Origin: Halieaceae bacterium UBA5085
GTDB lineage: Bacteria; Pseudomonadota; Gammaproteobacteria; Pseudomonadales; Halieaceae
DNA: 64,000 bases
Assembly (NCBI GenBank): GCA_002414665.1
Contig: DIAF01000045.1
Coordinates: 31,521 to 95,520, forward strand
Reading direction: 5' to 3'
The notes beneath the pieces were generated by a model. It did no database searches. It was not told the DNA's origin and was given only the letters and a program-made list of their open reading frames with translations. The position numbers and the translations under genes were made by a program. How positions within the stretch are numbered: position 1 is the stretch's first letter; each line of letters starts with the position of its first letter. Shown here piece by piece: positions 18,856 through 27,510 of the stretch.

Positions 18856-19227
18856 AGCCGCTTCACCGAGAGGTCGAACTCTGCTTGTCGCAGCCGAATG
18901 AGGGGGCACCCTGGTCAACACGATCACCAAAGTTCACCCGGATCTCCTCAATCAGCCCGCCAACAAGGGGCACGGTATTGGTTGTCTTGTGCGCAAATAC
19001 GGAACCGGTTGCCAGTATGGGTTCGCTGATATGGACCTGTTCTGGCCTCCCGATCTGGATTTGGGGCAGGCGAGCGGTGTCGTTGGACTCTGGGCCCGCT
19101 GCAGGTTTCGTGGTTGAATGGTCTCAGGCCGCAACTACTGTCAAGAGACAGCCGGCCAGCAGGAATTTACGGGGCGGTGAAACTGTGTCCATTCTTTCAG
19201 CAAGCGCTCCGAGAGTCGACACAGTGT
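18852..19227 (-). pseudogene. Pseudo-copy of the RND adaptor 5' end plus ~30 bp of its upstream region
   Basis: ~376 bp aligns by eye at roughly 90% identity to 24244-24619. The copy has TGT to TGA at the lipobox Cys codon (19124-19126) and a 1-nt deletion. Confidence 0.75.
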
Positions 19228-19413
19228 TTCAGTTTGTGAACGATCAGGCTCAGCGTGCCCCTCCGGTGCCTCGTGCTCTCTGAGCCAGCGCCCCAGCATG
19301 TTTGCATTAATCTCCAAGCCGTGCGCTGCCTCGGCCCGTGAATAGCCCTGCTCCACCACTAGGCTGATAGCATCCAGCTTGAATTCCTTCGAGTACTGCT
19401 TTCTTGTGGTCAT
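19225..19413 (-). pseudogene. IS3-family transposase OrfA, N-terminal fragment
   Basis: MTTRKQYSKEFKLDAISLVVEQGYSRAEAAHGLEINANMLGRWLREHE is an HTH-type OrfA start. A possible IS end (TGACAG...) lies at about 19503. Confidence 0.6.
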
Positions 19414-19516
19414 ATCCCATCTCCAGTTTCAGGGTATTATCCTTAACTGGGTTGGTAACATCCATTTAACCACTTCACGGTTCGATGTCGGCAATTACTG
19501 TCAGGGCAAGCCTGAA

Positions 19517-19921
19517 CTACCGCGCGTTAACAAATGTCAATGAGGCGATCGCCGTAGGTTCTTCGAGTGAGTTTTGCCAGGCGACGGCATTGATTGTTTG
19601 AATCTGCTTGCCACTTCTGACGATATTCGCTCTGCTGAACATCGCTTTGTCACCGCTGGTAGGGCGCAAATAGCTTGTATTGATGGAGATCAGGCCACAA
19701 TTCTGATTGTTTGCAGCTCTGATGGCGGCCAGGGTGCCAGTTAATTCAAGAACGCCTGATACAATACCGCCGTGCCAAGCGCGCAATAGCGGGTTTCCGG
19801 TGAATATCTCCCGCCACTGTGTCACGCACTCAACGTACTCCTCTGCAGAGAGGATCTCTGTACCGTAATTGAGCGCATAAGGGGATTGTTCAATAAACAA
19901 GGCAAGTGAGGTTGTGTTCAT
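19517..19921 (-). CDS. PaaI-family hotdog-fold thioesterase
   Basis: 134 aa. WHGGIVSGVLELTGTLAAI resembles the PaaI/TIGR00369 core. Confidence 0.7.
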   Translation of the reverse strand: MNTTSLALFIEQSPYALNYGTEILSAEEYVECVTQWREIFTGNPLLRAWHGGIVSGVLELTGTLAAIRAANNQNCGLISINTSYLRPTSGDKAMFSRANIVRSGKQIQTINAVAWQNSLEEPTAIASLTFVNAR

Positions 19922-19934
19922 ATCCTGTACCGAA

Positions 19935-20384
19935 TCAAAGGGCTGAGTTCAGAGCTGGGCCTGGCGTGCCAACTTTAAAAATGCTGATGGCACTAGAGTA
20001 GGTGAAGAGAGTTTTCGTTGATATGGCCCTGGCACGAACGTAGGCAAAATCTCCCGACTGTTGATAACACTGCGCCTCGACTGTCACGTTCTGTCCCGAT
20101 TCGGGTTGCCGAATATGATCTATTCTCAAATTGACCGTGGCTATCGCTGTTGGCTCTTTCAGTCTGAGCATGACGGCGAACCCGCAAGCGCTGTCAATGG
20201 CCGTCGCCAGTGCGCTGGTATGGATCGCTCCGTTTTCCAATGCATTGGCGTGTTTTTGCTGAAAAGGCAGGAGAAGCCTTACCGTGTCGCCCTCTATGTC
20301 GACCAGTTTCAGGCCTAGATCAAGATGCGCCCCAACTCGGCTGGAAAACAGCCCATACAACTGCTTTATGTGATCTGAAGTCAT
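19935..20384 (-). CDS. PaaI-family hotdog-fold thioesterase
   Basis: 149 aa. NGAIHTSALATAIDSACGFAVML core. 4-nt overlap with the RND permease stop. Confidence 0.7.
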   Translation of the reverse strand: MTSDHIKQLYGLFSSRVGAHLDLGLKLVDIEGDTVRLLLPFQQKHANALENGAIHTSALATAIDSACGFAVMLRLKEPTAIATVNLRIDHIRQPESGQNVTVEAQCYQQSGDFAYVRARAISTKTLFTYSSAISIFKVGTPGPALNSAL

Positions 20385-23300
20385 TTCACGGATTCCTTCC
20401 GTTCTGCCAAGAAGCGATTAAGCCTGATTTTCGAGTCTACAATCAGGGTGAATACCACCGGCACCACAAACAGAGTCAGGAGAGTTGAAGAACCCAAACC
20501 GCCAATCACGATAATACCGGTAGATGTCCGTAGTTCTGCTCCGTCGCTTGTCGCCAGAGCGATGGGGATCATGCCGAATATAGTGGAGAATGCCGTCATC
20601 AGAACTGGACGTAGCCGTAACTTTGCCGATTCTATCATCGCGTCTTTTGCCGCCAAGCCTCGCGACATGGACTGATTGGCCTGATCCACCAGCAAAATAC
20701 CATTCTTCATCACCAGGCCCATTAAGGCTACCATGGCAATCTGTGTCGTCGCGGAAAGCTCGGAGTTGGTCAGAGCCAGTAAAGTGAATGCGCCAACAAA
20801 AGACAGAGGCGCGGTGAGCATTATGGCGACAGGTTGGGCGAAGCTTTCGAATTGACTTGCGAGAATCATGTACAGAATCAGCAGGGCCAGCATGAAAGCG
20901 AACAACAAGGAGTTGGCAACCTCGCGCACCTGCTCGGAGGTTCCAAGATAGGTTGCCTCATAACCTGGCTCAAATTCCATATCGGTCAGAATTCTGTCCA
21001 TTGCTACCAGTAGCTCTCCAGCGGCAGTACCCGCCGGCGCATTACCTGATACAGAAATTTTTCTGGCACGGTTATACCTGTCGATCTGTACCGGCCCATC
21101 CTTGATTGCTACGTCAGCAACACTTCGGAAGTCGACCAGGCTGTCGTCCGAGGATCGCAATTGAATCAGGTCAAATGTGCCAATGTGATCGCGATACTCC
21201 TGATCGAATCTGAGCCTGACGTCGTAGCGATCACCGTGCTCTTGAAAGCTGGCGATATCCTTGCCGCCCATAGTTGTACCAACAGCACTGGCGATATTGT
21301 GCACGGATATACCAAGCTTGGCCGCACGGTCGCGGTTGATGCTTACCTGAATCTCGGGCTTGCCGGATTCGTAGCTGGATTTGACGTCGCGAAACAGTCC
21401 CGAGGCCTGCATCGCCTGCATTATATGTTCGGAATAGCGCTGAAGCTTGTCGAGATCCGGCCCACTAAGCGCCAAATCGAGGTCCGCGCCGAAGAAGCCG
21501 CCGCCGGAGATCCAGGGTACCTGAGCCATGGTGATGTGCTGAGCCTGAGGCGCTGCTTTAGTCAAGGCGAGACGGATTTCATCCATAATCAGGTTTTGAT
21601 GAATATTGCGTTCCTGTTTGGGGGTCAAGCCGACATAAAAGCTGATCTCATTGGTCTTTGTCTGTGCGCCTGAGCCGATAACGGCGAAGACCAGCTGAAC
21701 ATGCTCGAACTCCTTGACCCTTGCACTCAACCTGGAAGCCACTCGCTTTGACTCAGCTATTCCGGTGCCCAGCGGCAGTTCAACCGCAGCGATAAACTCG
21801 CTCCGATCAGCTTTGGACGTGAATGACAGCGGAACCTTGCCCGCGTAATGGACACCAATGGCGACGGCTATTCCGGCAAAAATCAGAACCAGCCACCTTG
21901 CGGACAATGCCGCTCGTACCAAGGACACGTAGCTGGATTCCAGCCTGGAGTGTGCGCGTTCCAATGCGTGTACTGCTGAGCTTTTCGTGGTACTGCGCTG
22001 CAGCAGTCTGGAGCAGAGCATGGGAGTCAAAGTCAGTGATATTATCAAAGAGATTCCGACAGCAACTGCGACGGTAACGCCATACTGGTACATGAATACG
22101 CCGATCAGTCCATCCGTGAACGAAATGGGCAGGAAAACAGCCATGACTGCGAACGTCGAGGCAACCACTGCCATAGCGACCTTTCCTGTGCCTACCGACG
22201 CGGCAACAGCGGGTTCTTGACCTTCCTCGATTTCCCTGTATATCGACTCCAACACTACGACGGCATCGTCGACCAGTAGGCCAACGCACAAAGAAATCGC
22301 AATAAGCGACATCATGTTTATTGAGAAATCCAGGACGTAAAAGGCAAAGAAGGTGGCTATGAGTGCCGTAGGAATGGCCGTAGCAACAATGATAGTGGCA
22401 CGAATGCTCAGAAGGAAAAACAGTGTCACCGCAACAACGAGCACGACACCCAATATAATGTCGAATGAAACGTCTCGTACCGTGGATTCAATGAATCTGG
22501 AATTATCCCTGACCGGGGTCAGGGAAATGTCGGATCGTATTTCGTCCCTTATCTTTTCGAGCTCTGCTCTAATGGCTCGAGCCACGTTGACGGTGTTTGC
22601 ACCGCTTTGCTTGCGTATCTCAAGACTAATGCCATTTATTCCGTCGAGTTCGGCATAACTTCGTTCATCTTCAAGCCCATCTTCCAATCTTGCCACATCT
22701 CTCAATCGGACCAGTGCCTGGTTGACGCGGAATATCGCAATATCTTTCAACTCTTCGATGCTTGTCACCTCTCCAAGTGTCTTGACGGTGAACTCAGAGT
22801 TGCCGTTTTGGTATTCCAGTCGTCCACCGGCGATGTCCACGTGCTCTCGTCTTATGGCTGCAGATATATCGTCAACAGTAGTGCCATAGCCGCGCATCCG
22901 GCTTGCATTGAGCCAAACCCGGACTTCCCTTTCACGATCTCCCACAAGTTGTACGCTACCGACACCCGGAACCCTCTGTAAGCGTTCCTTCACTGTGCTT
23001 TTGGACAGTTTGGTTAACTCGCCTGTCGGCAGAGGCCCAGACATGATGATGGAGACTATCGGCTCGGAATCCGGATCGAGGATTGTAATCAGTGGTTGTT
23101 TTGTCCCCTCTGGTAAAAACGGGAAAGCCCTGGCTGCCTTGTCTCGAACCTCCTGTGCTTTCAAATTCACGTCCGTTTCCAGTTCGAACTCCAGGATGAT
23201 CTGGGAGTACCCGTCGGCACTTGCCGAGCGAAGACTGTCCAGTCCCGCGATCGCAAACAGTTCCTCCTCAAGTCGGTCTGTTACCTCTGATTCCATTGTC

Positions 23301-23470
23301 GCGGGAGAGGCACCTTCCAGAGTTGTTTCAACAGTGACAATGGGAATGTCAACATGGGGGAACAGACTCATATTGACGCGCGGCATTGATATGGCGCCCA
23401 GCAATACCAATGCGCCGACGAACATGACGGTCATGACAGGACGGCGAATCGAGAGGTCAGCGATCCACAT
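20381..23470 (-). CDS. RND efflux transporter permease (AcrB/HAE-type)
   Basis: 1029 aa with the typical N-terminus MWIADLSIRRPVMTVMFVGALVLLG and 12-TM architecture. Confidence 0.95.
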   Translation of the reverse strand: MWIADLSIRRPVMTVMFVGALVLLGAISMPRVNMSLFPHVDIPIVTVETTLEGASPATMESEVTDRLEEELFAIAGLDSLRSASADGYSQIILEFELETDVNLKAQEVRDKAARAFPFLPEGTKQPLITILDPDSEPIVSIIMSGPLPTGELTKLSKSTVKERLQRVPGVGSVQLVGDREREVRVWLNASRMRGYGTTVDDISAAIRREHVDIAGGRLEYQNGNSEFTVKTLGEVTSIEELKDIAIFRVNQALVRLRDVARLEDGLEDERSYAELDGINGISLEIRKQSGANTVNVARAIRAELEKIRDEIRSDISLTPVRDNSRFIESTVRDVSFDIILGVVLVVAVTLFFLLSIRATIIVATAIPTALIATFFAFYVLDFSINMMSLIAISLCVGLLVDDAVVVLESIYREIEEGQEPAVAASVGTGKVAMAVVASTFAVMAVFLPISFTDGLIGVFMYQYGVTVAVAVGISLIISLTLTPMLCSRLLQRSTTKSSAVHALERAHSRLESSYVSLVRAALSARWLVLIFAGIAVAIGVHYAGKVPLSFTSKADRSEFIAAVELPLGTGIAESKRVASRLSARVKEFEHVQLVFAVIGSGAQTKTNEISFYVGLTPKQERNIHQNLIMDEIRLALTKAAPQAQHITMAQVPWISGGGFFGADLDLALSGPDLDKLQRYSEHIMQAMQASGLFRDVKSSYESGKPEIQVSINRDRAAKLGISVHNIASAVGTTMGGKDIASFQEHGDRYDVRLRFDQEYRDHIGTFDLIQLRSSDDSLVDFRSVADVAIKDGPVQIDRYNRARKISVSGNAPAGTAAGELLVAMDRILTDMEFEPGYEATYLGTSEQVREVANSLLFAFMLALLILYMILASQFESFAQPVAIMLTAPLSFVGAFTLLALTNSELSATTQIAMVALMGLVMKNGILLVDQANQSMSRGLAAKDAMIESAKLRLRPVLMTAFSTIFGMIPIALATSDGAELRTSTGIIVIGGLGSSTLLTLFVVPVVFTLIVDSKIRLNRFLAERKESVK

Positions 23471-24585
23471 CAGAGCAGTTGGTCGACTGTGACCGGGTTG
23501 CCCGGTTCCAGAGTGTGACGTTGCGTGCCGACAATAATGTTGGTATCAGGATCTAGTTCAGAAAGCAGTTCCAAGCTGCCATCAGTCAAGGCTTTTACCG
23601 CCACATTCATCCGTTGGACTTTGCCATCTTCTACTGTCAACACGTGCCTGTCTTGCCCCGCGCCTAAAAGTGATTCCGGTGGCAGAATCCGAATCTCTCG
23701 GGCTTCAGGGTAAAGCTTGACCACCGCAAACAGCCCGGGCTTTATGACATAGTCAGGATTGGCGATACCGATACGCAATTCGATATTGCGTGTATTCAGT
23801 TCGTGATTATCGTTGATCAAGGCCACACGTGATTCGAAGGTTTGACCCAGGCTGGGAATATGGACAATTGCCCGCATGCCAGGACTCACTGATGTGAGAT
23901 ATGTTTCTGGCACAAAGATCTGAACGATAACAATGTCAATCTTCTGTAATTGAACGACCGGACTTTCCGAGCGCATTACCGAGGGCACGAATGCGCCTTC
24001 ATCGACAAAACGCTTGGTGATGACACCGCGAAAAGGCGCCTTTACAATTGAGTCGGTCAACTCCTGTTGCGCGAGAGACAAGTTGACTTCAGCCATGCCC
24101 AATTTGGACGTGGACACCGCAACGCGCGTCTCCAGGGCGTCAAGGGTTTCCTGGGAAATTACCTCCCGTTCTCTGAGCCTGTTGGCGTTGTCCAAATTGC
24201 GCAGGGCATCTTCAAGTTCCGATTTGGCCAGATCTCGCGCATGTGCCAGCCGCTTCACCGCGAGTTCGAACTCCGTTTGTCGCAGCATTATGAGGGGGTC
24301 ACCCTGGTCAACACGATCACCAACGTTCACACGGATTTCCTCAATCAGCCCGCCAACAAGGGGCACAACATTGGTTGTCTTGTGCGCAAATACGGAACCG
24401 GTTGTCAGTATGGGTTCGCTGATATGGACCTGTTCTGGCCTCCCGATCTGGATTTGGGCCAGGGGAGCGGTTTCGTTGGACTCTAGGCCCGCTGCAGGTT
24501 CCGTGGTTGAATGGTCACAGGCCGCAAGTACTGTCAAGAGACAGCCGGCCAGCAGGAATTTACGGGGCGGTGAAACTGTGTCCAT
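23470..24585 (-). CDS. RND efflux periplasmic adaptor (membrane-fusion) lipoprotein
   Basis: Lipobox LAAC, coiled-coil hairpin, beta-barrel region. 1-nt overlap with the permease start. Confidence 0.9.
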   Translation of the reverse strand: MDTVSPPRKFLLAGCLLTVLAACDHSTTEPAAGLESNETAPLAQIQIGRPEQVHISEPILTTGSVFAHKTTNVVPLVGGLIEEIRVNVGDRVDQGDPLIMLRQTEFELAVKRLAHARDLAKSELEDALRNLDNANRLREREVISQETLDALETRVAVSTSKLGMAEVNLSLAQQELTDSIVKAPFRGVITKRFVDEGAFVPSVMRSESPVVQLQKIDIVIVQIFVPETYLTSVSPGMRAIVHIPSLGQTFESRVALINDNHELNTRNIELRIGIANPDYVIKPGLFAVVKLYPEAREIRILPPESLLGAGQDRHVLTVEDGKVQRMNVAVKALTDGSLELLSELDPDTNIIVGTQRHTLEPGNPVTVDQLL

Positions 24586-24676
24586 TCTTTCAATAAGCGC
24601 TCAGAGAGTTGACTAGTGTCTGCATGTCAGCTAAAAAGTAACTGTAGTTTCTATAACTAAGGTAATCAATATTTCA

Positions 24677-25144
24677 GTGAAAAGTCAAGAAATTCAGGGC
24701 AAGCGGTTTACGCACCATCACGTGAGTACATTGATGCACGAAGTGAGTTTAATGGTTGCCAAGATTTTCAATCGCGAGGTTCGAGACTTCGAACTGACTC
24801 GCAGTCAGTGGCAGGTTCTCTACCTACTCTATACAGAGGGGCCACTAACCCAGACACAGATAGCCGAAAGACTGTTGATGGCGAAGCCGCCGCTGGGCAA
24901 AATCGTTGATCGTCTGGAAGACGCAAGCTGGGTTGAACGCATGCCAGACGCAAGTGACAAACGCGTGAAACGCGTTGTGCTCACGGGCAGGATCCGACCT
25001 TTGCTGCCCGAACTGGAAAATGTCGTTGAACAGATTGAGGAGATTCTACTGGACGGCATCCCGATCGAAGAGCGCGACAGTTTGATCGGACAGTTGCAAC
25101 GTGTACGCGCCAATTTACGTCAACGCCTATTTGACCAAGGCTAA
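24677..25144 (+). CDS. MarR-family transcriptional regulator, divergent from the RND operon
   Basis: LTRSQWQVLYLLYTEGPLTQTQIAERLLMAKPPLGKIVDRLEDASWVERMPDASDKRV. GTG start at 24677. Confidence 0.8.
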   Translation: MKSQEIQGKRFTHHHVSTLMHEVSLMVAKIFNREVRDFELTRSQWQVLYLLYTEGPLTQTQIAERLLMAKPPLGKIVDRLEDASWVERMPDASDKRVKRVVLTGRIRPLLPELENVVEQIEEILLDGIPIEERDSLIGQLQRVRANLRQRLFDQG

Positions 25145-25239
25145 CGAAGTGTCAGCCCGGCCTCCAGAACCTGCTGGATTCTCTGGGCATCGATGTACGC
25201 TTACCGCCGCCACGCTACAATGTCGCGCCCACCGAAGAT

Positions 25240-25797
25240 GTGCTGCTGGTTCACGATGGGCGGGGGGAATTAGCCCGCTGGTGGCTCACCCCCTCATGGG
25301 CCAAAGAGGTCAGCACGAAATACAGCATGTTCAATGTCCGCGCCGAGTCGCTGACCCAGAGCCCGGCATTCCGCGGTCCTTTCAAGAGTCAGCGCGGCAT
25401 CGTCCCCATGAGTAGCTTTATTGAGTGGCGTACAGATCAAGGCCACAAGCAGCCGTGGTTGATCACCAACAAAGACAGCACCCTGGCCGTTGCGGCACTG
25501 TGGGATGTCTGGCGAGGCCAGCCGGGGCCCTTGCTGTCCTGCACCCTGGTCACCACAAAAGCTGCCCCAGAGTTCCAGCCCTGGCATTCGCGCATGCCAG
25601 TGATGCTGTCGCAGGAGGAGTGCGTCCGTTGGCTGCACAACGCCGAGGAGATACTTCCCGCTGATCCGCTATTTCAAGCGGAACTGAAATTCCCGTTGGC
25701 CCTACACCCGCTGGCGTCGAGTATTGGCAATTCCCGGAACAAGAATGCGGCATTGCTGGAGCCAGTCGGGGAGGTGGTGTGGCTTGAGAGCGGGTAA
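25240..25797 (+). CDS. SOS-response-associated peptidase (SRAP/YedK, DUF159) lacking the canonical Met-Cys start
   Basis: PRYNVAPTEDVLLV, WWLTPSWAK and RMPVML motifs. The frame is open from 25135 (..TKCQPGLQNLL..), but AAG precedes the only Cys codon and the first usable start is GTG 25240. Confidence 0.7.
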   Translation: MLLVHDGRGELARWWLTPSWAKEVSTKYSMFNVRAESLTQSPAFRGPFKSQRGIVPMSSFIEWRTDQGHKQPWLITNKDSTLAVAALWDVWRGQPGPLLSCTLVTTKAAPEFQPWHSRMPVMLSQEECVRWLHNAEEILPADPLFQAELKFPLALHPLASSIGNSRNKNAALLEPVGEVVWLESG

Positions 25798-25941
25798 GGG
25801 GGTGTAGTGGGCCTGTCGGCGGCCGCAGGTAGTTCAGCTGACGAGCCGATCCGCGCTATTGATTCCGTCGGTGGAGTTTGGGGTGAGGGCGGCAACGCGG
25901 TTACTGGGAGCGTTGATGCACCACTTTCGCTTAGTGGGGAT

Positions 25942-25954
25942 CTATATAGGGATA
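25942..25954 (+). repeat. 13-bp motif CTATATAGGGATA, copy 2
   Basis: Identical to 7934-7946. Lies 42 bp from the tRNA-proximal att core. Confidence 0.4.
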
Positions 25955-25995
25955 AATCACAAATAACGTCTAAGTAATTGATTTTATTGCTATAG

Positions 25996-26009
25996 TGGTG
26001 CCGGAGATA
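25996..26009 (+). repeat. tRNA-proximal att core (the 3' end of tRNA-Thr)
   Basis: TGGTGCCGGAGATA, identical to 7804-7817. Confidence 0.7.
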
Positions 26010-26071
26010 GGAGTCGAACCTACGACCTTCGCATTACGAATGCGCTGCTCTACCAACTGAGCTACACCGGC
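25996..26071 (-). tRNA. thrW: tRNA-Thr (anticodon CGU)
   Basis: The reverse complement, GCCGGTGTAGCTCAGTTGGTAGAGCAGCGCATTCGTAATGCGAAGGTCGTAGGTTCGACTCCTATCTCCGGCACCA, is 76 nt with encoded CCA and a TTCGTAA anticodon loop. It closely resembles the E. coli thrW sequence as I recall it. Confidence 0.95.
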
Positions 26072-26080
26072 GCGGGCGCG

Positions 26081-26089
26081 ATTATAGCA
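26081..26089 (-). promoter_or_regulatory. Putative extended -10 promoter (TGcTATAAT) for tRNA-Thr
   Basis: The minus strand reads TGCTATAAT, followed by a GC-rich discriminator CGCGCCCGC immediately before the tRNA 5' end. Confidence 0.4.
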
Positions 26090-26128
26090 AGAGGGGCGCG
26101 GGCGGCCGCAAGTCTTTTCTCGCGGCAC

Positions 26129-27502
26129 CTAGCGCCCCGCCATCTCCCGCCGCAGTGCGTCATAGCTGGCGCGGATATGCCCGGGAAGCTCATCGATAGC
26201 CGCCTGCCGCTCCGGGCAGCCGGCGATGCCGAAACAGAGTTTTCCGACATGGCTCACCACTGTGATATTCAGGCCCATGCCGTGGGTGATAATCGACAGT
26301 GGGTAGAGGGCCTCCAGGCGCGCGCCGTTCAGGTAGAGCGGTGTCCTGGCCCCTGGGACATTGGAAAAGATGGCGTTGATTGCCGGCCGCACCCGCTCGG
26401 CGTTGCCGCTTAATGTGAGTAACACCGCGGGCAGCATCAACAGCGCGTAAAAGTCCTCAGCCGCAGTCACCGACATCGCCGCCATCTCCCGTTTGGCAGC
26501 GCGGGTTGTGCGGACAACCCGCTGCAGGCGTTTGGCGTCGTTGCTTTCGCTGGTGAAGAAGGGGCTCAGGATATAGCTCAGGCGGTTGCCGTCTCCGCCT
26601 TGCGCAGATTTGAGCGACACCGGCATGCCCACAATCAGTGAGCTGTTCGGGAGCGCGTTCTGTGCCTTGAGGTACCGGCGCAAGGCGCCACCGCAGATCG
26701 CCAGCAACACATCGTTAACGGTGCCGCCACTCTGCTTCGCCAGGCGACGCACCGTGCCCAGTGGCAGATCACAGATGGTCAGGCTGCGCCGCGCCTCCAA
26801 CTCGGTGTTGAACAGGGTGCGAGGGGCGGTGAAGGGCAGGCGCATACCCTCCGCATTGCCCTTCAGGATATCTTCGCCCATATGAAGCAGCAGCCGCGAC
26901 AGCTGTGGCAGTGCGCGATATTGCTGCAGGGTGCTTCTTGCGACGCGGCCGAGCTGCTCAAACAGGCTGTGGTGACTATGCTGGTGGCCCCGCTCGCTCC
27001 GTACCCGGCGAAAGTCGATGCGCGCCCCCGGATCGGTGCTGAACAGGCTCTGGATCATGCGCATGGCGCCGATGCCGTCGACCAGCGCATGATGGGTTTT
27101 GCAGTACATTGCAAAGCGGCCGCCTGGAAGCCCCTCAATGATGTGCAGTTCCCACAGTGGGCGGTGACGATCCAGGCGTCTCTCATGGGCCCGGGTTACC
27201 AGCTGCAGCAGATCCTGCATACGTCCGGGTTGCGGCAGGGCATAGTGGAACACGTGGTTTTCGGGGCGGTAGTTCGTGGCCTCCTCCCAGTGCGCACCGG
27301 AGATATCCTCAGGGTCCGACAACTGCCTGTTGAACGCGGGCAGGATCTCGTTGAGCCGGCCACAGTCACGGGCCAGCTTGCGGAGGAAATTTCTGGCAGC
27401 GCCTTCCGGCGGGCGCAGCACCATCAAAGCGGCGACGTGGAAAGGGCAGCGTGGCGTTTCGATGCGAAGAAACCCCGCGTCCTGGGCGCTTAATCGTTTC
27501 AT
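26129..27502 (-). CDS. Wax ester synthase/diacylglycerol acyltransferase (WS/DGAT)
   Basis: HHALVDGIGAM active-site motif. Start at ATG 27502 (MKRLSAQDAGFLRIE) after GGAGGGAGG. Confidence 0.85.
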   Translation of the reverse strand: MKRLSAQDAGFLRIETPRCPFHVAALMVLRPPEGAARNFLRKLARDCGRLNEILPAFNRQLSDPEDISGAHWEEATNYRPENHVFHYALPQPGRMQDLLQLVTRAHERRLDRHRPLWELHIIEGLPGGRFAMYCKTHHALVDGIGAMRMIQSLFSTDPGARIDFRRVRSERGHQHSHHSLFEQLGRVARSTLQQYRALPQLSRLLLHMGEDILKGNAEGMRLPFTAPRTLFNTELEARRSLTICDLPLGTVRRLAKQSGGTVNDVLLAICGGALRRYLKAQNALPNSSLIVGMPVSLKSAQGGDGNRLSYILSPFFTSESNDAKRLQRVVRTTRAAKREMAAMSVTAAEDFYALLMLPAVLLTLSGNAERVRPAINAIFSNVPGARTPLYLNGARLEALYPLSIITHGMGLNITVVSHVGKLCFGIAGCPERQAAIDELPGHIRASYDALRREMAGR

Positions 27503-27510
27503 CGGTGTGT

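Larger units (their letters stand above)
7804..26009. mobile_element. tRNA-Thr-associated genomic island (~18.2 kb) with integrase, decayed genes, IS debris and low-GC cargo
   Basis: A 14-bp direct repeat sits at both ends, with an integrase just inside the left repeat. There is internal GC discontinuity and there are multiple IS/recombinase fragments. Confidence 0.7.
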
